A DNA stretch of 64,000 nt from a virus. Location of the stretch: the IMG/VR virus record IMGVR_UViG_3300034093_002316, positions 3,930 through 67,929 of that record; one strand, written 5' to 3'. The translations under genes were made by a program, and so were the position numbers. The notes under the pieces are model-generated. The model saw only the letters and a program-made list of their open reading frames with translations, searched no databases and was not told the origin of the DNA. Positions within the stretch are counted from its first letter, which is position 1; each line of letters starts with the position of its first letter. Shown here piece after piece: positions 21,116 through 31,950 of the stretch.

Positions 21116-22996
21116 TTAAAAAGCAGTTACTTTACCGCGTATATCTTGATTTGGAAATCTAACTTCAAAAATACTAGGGTCTAGAGACGGATAAATTACT
21201 CCATTTCTCGTAGCTGTATTTAAATCATAAACATTTCCAGAATAACCGTCACTAGTTTTATATAAATTTTTAAATTCAACTCCGATTACGGACTGTACTC
21301 CAGGAACATTAGCTAATGTAGTTAAAGCATCAGATTTTATAATAGGTTGGTTTATTTGCCAACGATCCACATTAAATAATTTTTTAAGTTCATCGATACA
21401 ACGAAGTTTAACTACATTGCTATTGAAATTCGGTAATACTGAAATTTCAAAATTGATTCCAATATTAATTATAAATGCATCTTTAATATTTATTGCATCT
21501 GTTAAAATTCTATAATAATCTAAATACGTTTTTAAATTTTCTTTAACCGCATCATTCAATGCAATTAATTGTTTGTTTTGATCATATCCTAAAATATACA
21601 TGTTTAATGCTAATGGATTTGGCACTCGAGATTGTACTAATTCTTGTTGAGTAATTTGATCATCAGGTACGATATATGCTTTAGCTATGCTTCCGTATTT
21701 TGATGGCATCGAATATGCACGTATAATGTAATCTTCTCTTGTTACTAAACGATTTTGTGTTGCAAAATTTGCCAATGCGTTGTTTTTAATATCAATCAAC
21801 GTATCCGCAGTTTTCCCGCCGGCTGCTGGATCTGGATTAGTAACGGCTACTGATGTTTTAACAAAATTTACTAGTCCTGCATTATTTGCTGAATTAACGT
21901 TTTCATTATAATCGATAAAACTAATAGTTTTTAAAGTAGCTGCAGGAACATTATCTTGTATTCCGTTACCAACAGTATATGTAACTGTTAATGTTGTATT
22001 TGCAGGTGCTTGTCCATATGCTCTTGTATATAAAAAATTTGAAGGATCAATATCAATGTCTACGGATCTTCTAAAACCAGCTAACCCGTTACCAACATTA
22101 TCTGGATTAGGAATTATTTCTTCATCATTATTGTCAGATATCCCCGCACCAAATTGCAATTCTAAACGATTGTCACTTCTTAATCTAGTAACAAAACGTT
22201 TTGAAGTTTTTCTCATTTTAAGAAGTGTCGGTGCTGAATCTCGATATCCAACTAAATCTGGATCATTTTCTAAAAGATTTGGAACGTCTTCGAAAATAGT
22301 ATCTTGTGCTAAATATGGAACTTGATACCAATTATCTCCATCTGCTTCCGTAACAGAAATAATTTCTATAATGTTGGTATCTGGTAACAATATTTTATCA
22401 TATGCTACGGCAGAACCAAATGTAAACGTAGCAGTTTTTACTTGTCCGGAAACAGCTTTTGCTGATTTTTTAAGTAAATAGTATGTAGGTTGATTGGTTG
22501 CAGTATTAGTTTCATATATAGTAACTTCCGTAGGATTAAATGATGATGAAAATCCAAAATCCACATCTTCTAACGTTCTAAATACAGCCGCTCCGGTTTG
22601 TTGTTTTATTTGCATTCCAGATTTTATAGAAAGTGCATAGTTAAAATCAGGTGCTACAGATGCGCCAGATCCAATTGCAGGTACTAATTGAAATACATCT
22701 AAACTTGTTTGTGCTGCTACGGAATTGTTTGGTTTATATCCTAATGCACGTGCTAAATCAAAAACATTTCCTCGTTCCGTAGCACGTTCTAATAACGATT
22801 CTCGCAAATTAGTATCAGCATAAAATGAAAGCACGTCGCCAACATATGATGCCAATTCTATAAACAACATACCAGGCGAAGATTCATTAAAATCTGTGTA
22901 AGAGTTTGGAAAATACTGTTTAGTAAATTCAATTAGATTTTTTCGGAATTGTCCGAAATCTTTGCCTAAATATGATACATCTTTTTTTGTTTCCAT
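21116..22996 (-). CDS. Baseplate wedge subunit (T4 gp6 / baseplate J-like)
   Basis: DFNESSPGMLFIELASYVGDVLSFY, ARALGYKP, QNRLVTREDY motifs. Confidence 0.9.
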   Translation of the reverse strand: METKKDVSYLGKDFGQFRKNLIEFTKQYFPNSYTDFNESSPGMLFIELASYVGDVLSFYADTNLRESLLERATERGNVFDLARALGYKPNNSVAAQTSLDVFQLVPAIGSGASVAPDFNYALSIKSGMQIKQQTGAAVFRTLEDVDFGFSSSFNPTEVTIYETNTATNQPTYYLLKKSAKAVSGQVKTATFTFGSAVAYDKILLPDTNIIEIISVTEADGDNWYQVPYLAQDTIFEDVPNLLENDPDLVGYRDSAPTLLKMRKTSKRFVTRLRSDNRLELQFGAGISDNNDEEIIPNPDNVGNGLAGFRRSVDIDIDPSNFLYTRAYGQAPANTTLTVTYTVGNGIQDNVPAATLKTISFIDYNENVNSANNAGLVNFVKTSVAVTNPDPAAGGKTADTLIDIKNNALANFATQNRLVTREDYIIRAYSMPSKYGSIAKAYIVPDDQITQQELVQSRVPNPLALNMYILGYDQNKQLIALNDAVKENLKTYLDYYRILTDAINIKDAFIINIGINFEISVLPNFNSNVVKLRCIDELKKLFNVDRWQINQPIIKSDALTTLANVPGVQSVIGVEFKNLYKTSDGYSGNVYDLNTATRNGVIYPSLDPSIFEVRFPNQDIRGKVTAF

Positions 22997-22998
22997 GC

Positions 22999-23439
22999 TT
23001 ACACTATCGATATTGTATTGTCGTTATTTGCATATACAACTATACTGTCAGTACTAAAATTTTCAATATTATATGTTATCGTAATTGAAAGAAGATGCGG
23101 AAGTGTTGGATCTTCTTCTGCGGTTACTACATTGATATTTTCTATAGAAATGTATGGCAACCACGTGTTAATTGGATCTACTAGTAGTTCCGAAACATCT
23201 TCTTTAATTTGTATGGTATTTGGTTCGAACAACAAATTTAACAAGCTAGTACCATATGATGGTTGCATATATCGTTCGCCAATTCTAGTAAACAACAATG
23301 TTTTTAAATTTTCTTTGGCTTGTTCTCGTACCGAATATATAGGTTTGAAAATAGATTCTGCATTAGTGAATTTTACTCCTAATACAATTTCGTTGACAGA
23401 ATCAACAGCTTGAGCTATATTTTCATAAACAAATGCCAT
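22999..23439 (-). CDS. Baseplate wedge / sheath initiator (T4 gp25-like)
   Basis: NLKTLLFTRIGERYMQPSYGTSL..LLFEP; WLPYI. Confidence 0.9.
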   Translation of the reverse strand: MAFVYENIAQAVDSVNEIVLGVKFTNAESIFKPIYSVREQAKENLKTLLFTRIGERYMQPSYGTSLLNLLFEPNTIQIKEDVSELLVDPINTWLPYISIENINVVTAEEDPTLPHLLSITITYNIENFSTDSIVVYANNDNTISIV

Positions 23440-23951
23440 TAATTAGTTTTCTTTTTATTTATTGCTTTCATTAACGCAGAATAATCTCGCGTCATAGCTT
23501 GTTGTACGACTGGGTCAACTTCATATACCTTTCCAGTTTCTGGATCTTCCATTACTTTTGGCGCCGATGGGGTCACGCCCATTGCTTCTTTCATGTTTTG
23601 TCGCATTGCTCCGAAATTCATAGCATCTTTCGATGTCATGCGAATTTCATCCATACCTTCTGCCATTAACTCTTTAAAGCTATTCATGGCCATAGGTCCT
23701 TGTTCCGTTAATGGATCTGTTTCATTTAATACTGATGCCCATTTATTTTCCGTAAATTGTACATTAGATTTTCTTCCAGATTCAGAAACCATTCTTGGAG
23801 CAACTCGTACCGTTTCGGTTGTCGAACGTTTTGGTTGTTTCATTTCCGTAATTGTAGATTGTAACCCTTCTCGAAGAATTTCAGTTAATTCTTCTTTAAT
23901 AACTTCACGCACTGCTGTTTTTAGTGCTTTTATCAATGTTTTTGAATCCAT
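23439..23951 (-). CDS. Hypothetical protein (start probably MDSKTL at 23951)
   Basis: Late-promoter motif at 23968-23975 precedes this ATG; helical N-terminus rich in I/L-x-E. Confidence 0.6.
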   Translation of the reverse strand: MDSKTLIKALKTAVREVIKEELTEILREGLQSTITEMKQPKRSTTETVRVAPRMVSESGRKSNVQFTENKWASVLNETDPLTEQGPMAMNSFKELMAEGMDEIRMTSKDAMNFGAMRQNMKEAMGVTPSAPKVMEDPETGKVYEVDPVVQQAMTRDYSALMKAINKKKTN

Positions 23952-23995
23952 ATGTATATTATTTATTATAAATATCAAATTGCGTAAAATATGGT

Positions 23996-24817
23996 TTATA
24001 ACCAACTAGAAGAATCTGTCTTAGGGCCATATACGGTTTGATCCGTAGTATCTATGTAATAATCTCCGATTTGACCGATATCAGTCGTAGGAATACCCGA
24101 TCCATATAAAACTCTAGATGGGGCTTCATTTAAATTGGCAACAACATCAATTTGATTAACGATTAAATCTTGTATAACGTCAAATCTTTGTTGCAAATCT
24201 TCATCAGATACATTAACTTTTTTATAAAAATCGCTCGGATATACTTGTTCTAATCTTACCAATGTAATGTTTTCTGATAAAAGTGTGATATCTGGAGAAC
24301 TAGTTGCTATTCCATTACCGCAAGTATTTGAAATTACGTAATCTGTTTGTGCTATTACATCTAATGTTTTTTCTATAAATCCAACTACTATTTCAATGCT
24401 ACTAGTTAATACATTTATACATGCACTCGATATCGTTATTATATCTAAAAATGTGTTTAAAAATTGTACTAATGGTCCATTTGGCACTCCTGGTATCATT
24501 GGTATTAAAAGTTGTGCATTAGCTGAGGTAGTTGCAAAATTAATTAAAAATCTGAACGCGCCGCTTATGATAGGTACGAATTGAAATATTGATTGAATTT
24601 GATTAATAACGGTTTCTAAATTTCGTAACGCATTTTTTAATTGTAAGATATCACCATCATCACAATTAGCATTTGGGGATATAGATAACAATGAATTTTG
24701 CAAATCCGTTGTTAGTTTGTTTAATTCTTCAGTTTTTTCATTTATTAATGGTTGAACGGAATCTAGTATACGTGCCGGTATTTGCGAAATTTGATTGTAT
24801 GGAAATAATGATGCCAT
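23996..24817 (-). CDS. Hypothetical structural protein
   Basis: Helical hydrophobic core; C-terminal G.P....G..GDYYIDT motif seen in tail proteins. Confidence 0.5.
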   Translation of the reverse strand: MASLFPYNQISQIPARILDSVQPLINEKTEELNKLTTDLQNSLLSISPNANCDDGDILQLKNALRNLETVINQIQSIFQFVPIISGAFRFLINFATTSANAQLLIPMIPGVPNGPLVQFLNTFLDIITISSACINVLTSSIEIVVGFIEKTLDVIAQTDYVISNTCGNGIATSSPDITLLSENITLVRLEQVYPSDFYKKVNVSDEDLQQRFDVIQDLIVNQIDVVANLNEAPSRVLYGSGIPTTDIGQIGDYYIDTTDQTVYGPKTDSSSWL

Positions 24818-24819
24818 TG

Positions 24820-25851
24820 TTAATACGTATCCTGTTGAATGTTATTATTTTTTAATTTATTTAGTTCCGTTTGATACTTGCTAAAAAATGTAGCATCTGA
24901 AATAATTATTGGAGCTCCGTTACTATCACGCAAAGACGTTGACATTACTTGTAAAAATAGATTAAATAAATTTTCTACCGCAGTACTATGTAATCCTGGT
25001 TCTTTTTCTTTTTTAACGCCTATAGATATAACGGGCGCATTTAATTCAACAGCTTGTTGAGAATCTAATACTACTACATCCGTTTTGGCTTTAAGTGTGA
25101 TTCGTTCAGCTACTCCAATAAATTGCGATCTAGAGAATGCAGTTTCCCCGTGTTTAGATTGACGTATTGTATTATTTAATCTAAAATCTGGTAATGTTTG
25201 TGTACTAGTTAAATACAAAGATGCATCATCTTGTTGAATGTTTTCCGTTACAAATTTTCGGTTAGGTTGATTTTTACGACCATTCGATAAAATGATAATG
25301 GGTTGTGTAGTTAAATGATCTTCCGAAGTTTCTCCGCGCCACGATGCGGGAATGCTATATACACCCCCAGGTCTAATAGTATTGGAAAATCGTATGCTAT
25401 TACCCGTACGACCTTCTAATATAAAATCGCCTTCATATGGTTGTAACGGAGAAACAGATTTAAATTGAAATGTTTTACCTGGTTTTATTTGCAAAGAAAT
25501 TTCATTTGCAGTTCTGTCAGATATACCAGGTAATAAATTAGCATTCATTGATGACTGTACATCGACTGCAGATAAATAAAACCAAGATTCTCTTCTTTTA
25601 GTTGGAGTAGAATCTTGATTAAACGTTCTATAAATTAAAACAAATTCGCCTACTAAAGGAATTCGTTTCATGTTCATATTAACAGGCCTGGCTAAAAATG
25701 GTTTTTCATTAAAATAGCTATTACATGACCTAACTCGTAATGCAAACAATTTGTTAACATTCCCATCTGATTGAGATGGATCTATGTATTGATATGTATA
25801 ATCATATTCTAATACTTCTGCTACGTCAAACTGAATGTTACGTTGTTCCAT
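24820..25851 (-). CDS. Baseplate hub/spike protein (gp5/VgrG OB-fold-like)
   Basis: IPLVGEFVLI, EGDFILEGRTGNSIRF, beta-helix-like C-terminus; upstream of the gp25-like gene. Confidence 0.65.
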   Translation of the reverse strand: MEQRNIQFDVAEVLEYDYTYQYIDPSQSDGNVNKLFALRVRSCNSYFNEKPFLARPVNMNMKRIPLVGEFVLIYRTFNQDSTPTKRRESWFYLSAVDVQSSMNANLLPGISDRTANEISLQIKPGKTFQFKSVSPLQPYEGDFILEGRTGNSIRFSNTIRPGGVYSIPASWRGETSEDHLTTQPIIILSNGRKNQPNRKFVTENIQQDDASLYLTSTQTLPDFRLNNTIRQSKHGETAFSRSQFIGVAERITLKAKTDVVVLDSQQAVELNAPVISIGVKKEKEPGLHSTAVENLFNLFLQVMSTSLRDSNGAPIIISDATFFSKYQTELNKLKNNNIQQDTY

Positions 25852-26278
25852 TTACATCCTTTGACAATTTAGATTTTGCATCGGCAATTTTTTGATGTAA
25901 AACGACGTCTTCTTCTTGTATTCTATCTATCTCATCTTCTAATTCACTATTCAATGTAGCTTCGGCAACTTTAAGTAATTGTTGTTTTTCTTCATCACTT
26001 AATAATCCATCCGCTCCGGATATAGTTTGTTTGGTAGAAATGTATCTTTGGACAATAGCTGTTAATTTGACTAAATGATCATCATTTTTAACAGCTACAT
26101 CCAAATATTCTTTGATAAGGGGTACAATGATAGTAGCATCCGATGCATTACGGATAAGTGGTTGTAATTGAGCAATCAGCTGATTGATTTGTCTATCTTT
26201 CTTTTTGGAATTGTGATAAACATCGGACATTAAATCTGCAAAGCTAGTACCTTTGAATAATTCATCATTCTTGTCCAT
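25838..26278 (-). CDS. Conserved hypothetical protein
   Basis: Helical ORF with late-promoter motif upstream. Confidence 0.6.
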   Translation of the reverse strand: MDKNDELFKGTSFADLMSDVYHNSKKKDRQINQLIAQLQPLIRNASDATIIVPLIKEYLDVAVKNDDHLVKLTAIVQRYISTKQTISGADGLLSDEEKQQLLKVAEATLNSELEDEIDRIQEEDVVLHQKIADAKSKLSKDVNGTT

Positions 26279-26303
26279 ATCATAAATCCTTTATAAATAA
26301 ATA

Positions 26304-27014
26304 TCAAAAAGGCAGTTTTACGAAGTTTTGTTGTTCATACTCTTTGAAGTTGTCTTCATAAAGTTGTTTTAGTATTTTAACTACTCGAGTTACCGAATTT
26401 GTTTGTGATGCATCTAATCCAGTACGTTCTCTAATTAATATGTATAAACGTTTTTTGTTAAAGTCTTCAACGTGTTCTCGATTTTCAAAAATATGAAGAA
26501 TAGAATCAGCTACGTGTATATCCGTTGGATTGGTAAAAATAAAATTTAAATTGTTGTAACAATAATCAACATAACCATCCATGAAATATTCTAAAACTTC
26601 GCGCATTTCTTCGTTATGCATTTCCGTAAGAACATTTCGTTGTTCATCAATATCCAATTCTTGCGTAGCTGCTTTAAGCTTCTTATAAGCTTTTTCATTT
26701 TCGCCTATTAAATAATTGTATGACGTTCTTGTGTAATATGAATATGCTTTACCCGCGTCTGGATTAAATTTAGATAAACGTTCCGTTAAAAATGTAACTA
26801 AATCCGTTTGAAGATCTGTAAATGTAGAATCAATGTAAGTAGGTTTAATGGTATTAATCAAATTCTCTGCCATTTTCATAAATGCTGGATAAATGAAACG
26901 ACGGTATATTTTTTCTCGAGTTATTGATTTTTCGGTTTTATTGTATGCCAATATTGCTATTTCCGTAATCTTAGTAAAATAAACATTACTTTTCTTCTTG
27001 CGCTTCGCCATCAA
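26304..27014 (-). CDS. Late-transcription sigma factor (T4 gp55-like)
   Basis: N-terminal YFT, KMAENLI, KFNPDAGKAYSYYTRTSYNYLI resembling gp55 region 2. Confidence 0.7.
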   Translation of the reverse strand: MMAKRKKKSNVYFTKITEIAILAYNKTEKSITREKIYRRFIYPAFMKMAENLINTIKPTYIDSTFTDLQTDLVTFLTERLSKFNPDAGKAYSYYTRTSYNYLIGENEKAYKKLKAATQELDIDEQRNVLTEMHNEEMREVLEYFMDGYVDYCYNNLNFIFTNPTDIHVADSILHIFENREHVEDFNKKRLYILIRERTGLDASQTNSVTRVVKILKQLYEDNFKEYEQQNFVKLPF

Positions 27015-27303
27015 ATTCTTCTTTAAGTTGCGTAATTACTTCATTTAATAATTGAAATGTAGTTCCAGCTTCGTCATCTTTTTCAAATGCACCCAATCGG
27101 TCAATTTTTTGCATAACTTCGTATGATTCCGAAATTTTAGAATACATGTAAAGATTTGTTACTTCTAAATTTTCTTCATATGTTTGCATTTCTTCGATGT
27201 ATTCTTGTGCTTCGGCTAATGTACCGGCTAAAAACCACATACGATACGCAAAAAAGATGCTTGTTCCTAGCAATAAACTGCTAATAATTATTAATGCTAT
27301 CAT
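26986..27303 (-). CDS. Membrane-anchored hypothetical protein
   Basis: N-terminal hydrophobic helix followed by coiled coil. Confidence 0.6.
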   Translation of the reverse strand: MIALIIISSLLLGTSIFFAYRMWFLAGTLAEAQEYIEEMQTYEENLEVTNLYMYSKISESYEVMQKIDRLGAFEKDDEAGTTFQLLNEVITQLKEEFDGEAQEEK

Positions 27304-27305
27304 GA

Positions 27306-28082
27306 TTAGTCTTGATTAAATGCACTAAAAATATCCGTTAATGTCTTTTCAACATCTGGATTATTTTCAGCTAAATTCTTAAGTCCATTGCTTTTAGTTA
27401 CTTTGCTTTTTTCAGTAACTGGTTTTGGAGTTGAATTGTCTCGGTTTCTCCATCGTTCATATTCAATTTGTGCTGCCATATGATCTGCATGATGCAATAA
27501 TACCGGTAAATTGGTTTTTAATTTAGCTTGTGCGGATCTAGCAACAAAATACGGTTTATTTGCATCATCATACATTCCATCATGAATCTTAATTGCTTGA
27601 TATTCGTTCCAAGACATTTTAACATCATACGCTTGTAGCAACCAAATAGAAAGATCCGGTACCATTGTAAACGGAATGTTTTCATTGTGACGATACATTT
27701 TATTTTGATTCTTACGGTGCCAATCTGAAGTTTCTATTTGATATACTTCATTGCCTTCGCCTGGAAATCCTACTTTACCTAAATCATGATGCATTGCCGC
27801 AAATATCATTTCTTCTTCAGTATAACCAGACATATCAGAACCCATTGACTTCCAAGTTATGTATAATGCTTTTGTGCAATCAATAACTCGAAGTATGTGG
27901 TCTACATAACCTCCAGCAAATGCATTGTGAAAATGTGCTACGGAAGATGCCGGCATCATTGCAATACGATCTTCGAAATCATCATACATTTTATTAAGTG
28001 CATCTTTACGGGTAGGAAATGTTGCATTAACAATTGCACGATACATTTCCCAATTGGATTTTATCTTTTCTGCTTCTAACAT
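27306..28082 (-). CDS. HD-domain phosphohydrolase
   Basis: HNAFAGGYVDH, HHDLGK, HDG, LHHAD motifs. Confidence 0.85.
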   Translation of the reverse strand: MLEAEKIKSNWEMYRAIVNATFPTRKDALNKMYDDFEDRIAMMPASSVAHFHNAFAGGYVDHILRVIDCTKALYITWKSMGSDMSGYTEEEMIFAAMHHDLGKVGFPGEGNEVYQIETSDWHRKNQNKMYRHNENIPFTMVPDLSIWLLQAYDVKMSWNEYQAIKIHDGMYDDANKPYFVARSAQAKLKTNLPVLLHHADHMAAQIEYERWRNRDNSTPKPVTEKSKVTKSNGLKNLAENNPDVEKTLTDIFSAFNQD

Positions 28083-28104
28083 AGTTTATATAAATAATAT
28101 AAGA

Positions 28105-28269
28105 TTACTTGCGTAATTCCAAAGTTTCGCCATTAACCAATTTCATTGTGCATTTCCAACACGTAACGGCAGTTGCATTTTCATCAACTCTAGGAGAAAT
28201 TTCTTCACAATATTTGCATTGTAATTGTTTAAAACCTTTAACTTTATTTTTTTCTTTGCGATCTTTCAT
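28105..28269 (-). CDS. Small zinc-finger protein (54 aa, not in ORF track)
   Basis: Manual translation MKDRKEKNKVKGFKQLQCKYCEEISPRVDENATAVTCWKCTMKLVNGETLELRK with two CxxC pairs. Confidence 0.7.
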   Translation of the reverse strand: MKDRKEKNKVKGFKQLQCKYCEEISPRVDENATAVTCWKCTMKLVNGETLELRK

Positions 28270-29230
28270 TTCTTAATTTATTCCAATAAGACAGTATTTC
28301 TGGTTGTTTTTGTGGGGTTGGCTCAACCTTAATCTTTTCAGTAACCGTTTCGATTTTTGGTTCTTCTTTTACTACAATAGGTTCTACGACATCTATTGAT
28401 GGAACTGTTTCGAGTATTGATATCGTTTCAATATGTTTGCGTTCTTTTAATTCAAAAGCACGATTTGCTGATATTAATAATATTATTGCTAACGGGTCAA
28501 ACACTGCAATTAATAAAATTATCAACCAATTAACTACCGAATCCATTGAAGATCCGGATAATTCGGCAATATATTGCAATGGACCAATTTCTGCAGATAC
28601 TTCCGAATTAGTTCGTTTATCTAGTATTTCAAAATCAATTTTAGTAATAGAATCGGAAATTGCTGTTTGTTTTTCTGTCAATGCATCTAATCTAACGTTC
28701 GCATTACTTAATTGAGTTTCATACGCTTTTCTGTTAGCATTCGATGTTTTTCTAACTTGATTACCATTTCGATCCGTGTATTGAATTACGTTGTTTGATA
28801 ACGCAGATGTTAATTCCGTGATGTTATTCGTAACGGTTTGTTTTTCAGTTACAATTAATTGCAATTGTTCATCGTATCTGGTTTTTTTGGATTCTAAGTT
28901 ACTTATAACGGTTTCTTGATTTTGAAATTTATAAGCAGTATCTTGATAAGCTGAAACTAAAAATCCATAGATACCTAACGAAGTGATACACATTAAAATA
29001 AACACCGCAATCATCATGTAAACTTTAATTGAAGTGGTTATTTGTTTCCAGTATCTATGCAAATAAGATGCTGTAATTAACTTGGAAGCTTCTAAAGAAC
29101 CTGCAAGAACAATTACAGCTGTTGATTGTGATGAAAACAATTTGCTTAATCCAAATACACTATAATATGCAGCAGATCCTGCCAATACGAATGATGCTAA
29201 TAGCACAACATACGGAAATATACGTTTCAT
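28244..29230 (-). CDS. Multi-TM coiled-coil membrane protein
   Basis: Three N-terminal TM helices, long coiled coil, C-terminal TM (FDPLAI). Confidence 0.7.
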   Translation of the reverse strand: MKRIFPYVVLLASFVLAGSAAYYSVFGLSKLFSSQSTAVIVLAGSLEASKLITASYLHRYWKQITTSIKVYMMIAVFILMCITSLGIYGFLVSAYQDTAYKFQNQETVISNLESKKTRYDEQLQLIVTEKQTVTNNITELTSALSNNVIQYTDRNGNQVRKTSNANRKAYETQLSNANVRLDALTEKQTAISDSITKIDFEILDKRTNSEVSAEIGPLQYIAELSGSSMDSVVNWLIILLIAVFDPLAIILLISANRAFELKERKHIETISILETVPSIDVVEPIVVKEEPKIETVTEKIKVEPTPQKQPEILSYWNKLRNERSQRKK

Positions 29231-29233
29231 TGT

Positions 29234-29413
29234 TTATTCACGGTCGATGTAATAACGAGCAGATTCCAATTTTTTAAATGCGGTTGCTAAATTTGATAGA
29301 GCCGACGCTTTATCAGTTTTACCTTCATTCATTGCTTTACCAATCATTTGAATGATGTTCATTGCATCTTCAATGTCATCTGTAATTTTTGCTTTGTACT
29401 TGTAATACGCCAT
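29234..29413 (-). CDS. Small hypothetical protein (59 aa, not in ORF track)
   Basis: Manual translation MAYYKYKAKITDDIEDAMNII...YYIDRE; late-promoter motif at 29462. Confidence 0.65.
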   Translation of the reverse strand: MAYYKYKAKITDDIEDAMNIIQMIGKAMNEGKTDKASALSNLATAFKKLESARYYIDRE

Positions 29414-29470
29414 AACAATTTGTGTTTTTAATTTATACTATATTATATATTATTATTTATTATAAATATA

Positions 29471-30493
29471 TTATGATAAAATAATAGGCGTTGCGTGACA
29501 GTCAATACCAACATTCATAATAGCTTGTTCTTTTGCCTTAGCCTCAACTTCAACATCTAACGCATCGACACCGTAAGTATCAGGAAGTCGCAAAATAAAG
29601 TCAGCATGAGCCTGTTCTTTGATCTTGCTGAACTCCTTGTACATCTTAGCAAATGTCGGCCATTTCGGTAAATCTTCTTGCGCAATACCATGTTTATCGC
29701 AAATGCCTTCGATAAGTCGTTGTGCTTCGCGTCGACGAGATTCGCTGTAATGAGTGCATTGCGTAACACCATGACGCGTCCAAGTTTCGCGAGCCATGAA
29801 GAATGCTTCCTTCTCGGATAAGTCACCAGTATTGAATGTATGATGCCAATAGTCAAACGTAATCGGAATAGCAATATCGCCGTGAAGCATTTCATACAAG
29901 TCACGCACCGAATACATGGATGCTTTATCGTCATTTTCTAAAACGAGACGGCGTTTAAGATTGTCGGATAATCTATCCCAAGTGCGTAACCATCGTGCGA
30001 CAGTCGTTGCCTTATCGCCATAAGTAGCACCTATGTGAATGTTGATAAGATTGTCAAAGCTAGGAGCAAAACCCATCATATCAAACATCTCGGAATGTCG
30101 TTCTAATCCAACGATGCTATTTTCTACAACTATAGAATCGGGACTACCTAAGATGTGAAACGGACCAGGATGCGTAGTAAGACGATGGCCGTGTGCCTTG
30201 GCATAATCACCGGCGATGCGAAGATGACTTACAATTTCATCGATACCTGGTAAGTCTGCTAACTCGTAATGATTCCATCGAGGAAATATTTCTGAACCAA
30301 TACGAAACAAACGAATGTCATGTTGTTCATTCCATTGGAGAATAGGCAACAAGTCACGTGCATTGGCAAGTGCAATGTCAGAAGCTAATTGCAAACCGCC
30401 TTGACGGAATTTGCGGTCAATCATCGCACGTCCTGTGCGGATGCCTTGAGAACCTAGTTGTGAGTTAATACAACAGTAACCGAATCTAATCAT
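29471..30493 (-). CDS. uvsE: UV-damage endonuclease (UvsE/UVDE family)
   Basis: GYCCIN, LFRIGSEIFP, RLTTHPG, LVLENDD, FDYWHH, HYSES, AHAD, EAKAKE motifs. Confidence 0.92.
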   Translation of the reverse strand: MIRFGYCCINSQLGSQGIRTGRAMIDRKFRQGGLQLASDIALANARDLLPILQWNEQHDIRLFRIGSEIFPRWNHYELADLPGIDEIVSHLRIAGDYAKAHGHRLTTHPGPFHILGSPDSIVVENSIVGLERHSEMFDMMGFAPSFDNLINIHIGATYGDKATTVARWLRTWDRLSDNLKRRLVLENDDKASMYSVRDLYEMLHGDIAIPITFDYWHHTFNTGDLSEKEAFFMARETWTRHGVTQCTHYSESRRREAQRLIEGICDKHGIAQEDLPKWPTFAKMYKEFSKIKEQAHADFILRLPDTYGVDALDVEVEAKAKEQAIMNVGIDCHATPIILS

Positions 30494-30599
30494 AGTATTT
30501 TTTTATTAATATAAGAAAAAATATCCGTAATACAAAATAAAATGTTTTTTTTTTCCGATTCAATATTTATTTAAAAAAAGAAACCTTAAAGGAATAAAA

Positions 30600-31220
30600 A
30601 TGATACGACTAAAAAACATCTTAGCAGAAAACATGTTGAGATTTGGACCAAAGAATTTGTCTGAATCGGAGAAAAGAAGATTAAGAAATTTAAATTTATT
30701 AACAGAAGCTACATTGAAAGATTTAGATTCTACAGGAATGGCTTCGGCTCAAAAGTTTTTTGCTGCTGAATATGAAAAAGGCACAAATGGGCCACAATAT
30801 GCTACTGCGAATCTAATATATGTAGCACATAACACTGGTAAGCCTGAAATAGGAATGAAATATAATATCAACATTTTTAAACTAATGTCGATTAATTTTG
30901 GAGTTGCTCAATTTATAATTCCAGCATTCTACGGAATGATAGATTATACTTTGAATTACGGACTTACCGATGCGGGCGATTTGCAACTTGGTATCGATCC
31001 TACGTATGCTAGCGAAAAAACTGTGGCAGACGCAGCATCTAGTATTAATTTCTATTATGAAGATATACTTCCGGAAACGTTAACAACTCATTTCAACGGA
31101 CAAAAAGCAAAATTAGCTACGTCAATTGCAACAACTAAAGCAGCACAAAATTTTGCAGCATTAGGACCATTATTAAAAGGTTCTGCGAAAACTGCATATG
31201 ATTTAATAGCTGCTAGTTAA
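30600..31220 (+). CDS. Putative internal virion protein, paralog A
   Basis: MIRLKNILAE leader; strongly similar to the next gene after LLTE/LLSE; late promoter at 30563. Confidence 0.65.
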   Translation: MIRLKNILAENMLRFGPKNLSESEKRRLRNLNLLTEATLKDLDSTGMASAQKFFAAEYEKGTNGPQYATANLIYVAHNTGKPEIGMKYNINIFKLMSINFGVAQFIIPAFYGMIDYTLNYGLTDAGDLQLGIDPTYASEKTVADAASSINFYYEDILPETLTTHFNGQKAKLATSIATTKAAQNFAALGPLLKGSAKTAYDLIAAS

Positions 31221-31251
31221 ATAAAATAAATAAATCTAAAAAGGAACAACA

Positions 31252-31929
31252 ATGAACAAAACTTTATTATCAGAAAATATGCTTCGATTTGGAACTAAAA
31301 ATTTATCTGATTCTCAACAAAAACAATTGATCGTTAAATCTATCATGGAAACGATCAATCAAAACGGCTTAAGTTATGAAATCCGTAAACAATTAAGAGA
31401 ACAAAATTTATTGTCAGAAGCTACATTGAAAGATTTAGATTCTGCAAACATGGCGACAGTTCAAAAGTTTTTTGCTGCTGAATGGAAAAAATATACAAAT
31501 GGTCCACAAATGTCTACCGCAAATTTAGTATATGTAGCACAGACAACTGACATGGAAAAAGCGATGAAATATTTTATTAAAATTTTTAAAATGATAAATG
31601 TAAATTTTGGAGTTATTAATTTTCCAATTACAGCATTTTATGGATTCGTAGATTATTTTCCAAACACCGGACTTTCAGATTCAGGAGATTTGCAACTAGG
31701 TATCGATCCATCAGGAGCTAGCGAAAAAACCGTAAAAGATGCGGCAAGTACTATTAATTTCTATTATGAAGAAATACTTCCCGAGACTATAACAACTCAT
31801 TTCAACGGACAAAAAGCTAAATTAGCTACAGCAATTGCATCTGCAAAATCATCAGCAAATTTTGCAGCATTAGGTCCAATGTTAACGGGTGCCGCTAAAA
31901 CCGTATACGATTTGATAGCTGCTAGTTAA
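31252..31929 (+). CDS. Putative internal virion protein, paralog B
   Basis: Tandem duplicate of 30600..31220 (ENMLRFG.KNLS, EATLKDLDS, GDLQLGIDP, YDLIAAS). Confidence 0.65.
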   Translation: MNKTLLSENMLRFGTKNLSDSQQKQLIVKSIMETINQNGLSYEIRKQLREQNLLSEATLKDLDSANMATVQKFFAAEWKKYTNGPQMSTANLVYVAQTTDMEKAMKYFIKIFKMINVNFGVINFPITAFYGFVDYFPNTGLSDSGDLQLGIDPSGASEKTVKDAASTINFYYEEILPETITTHFNGQKAKLATAIASAKSSANFAALGPMLTGAAKTVYDLIAAS

Positions 31930-31950
31930 TAAAATTAGAATTAAAATAAG

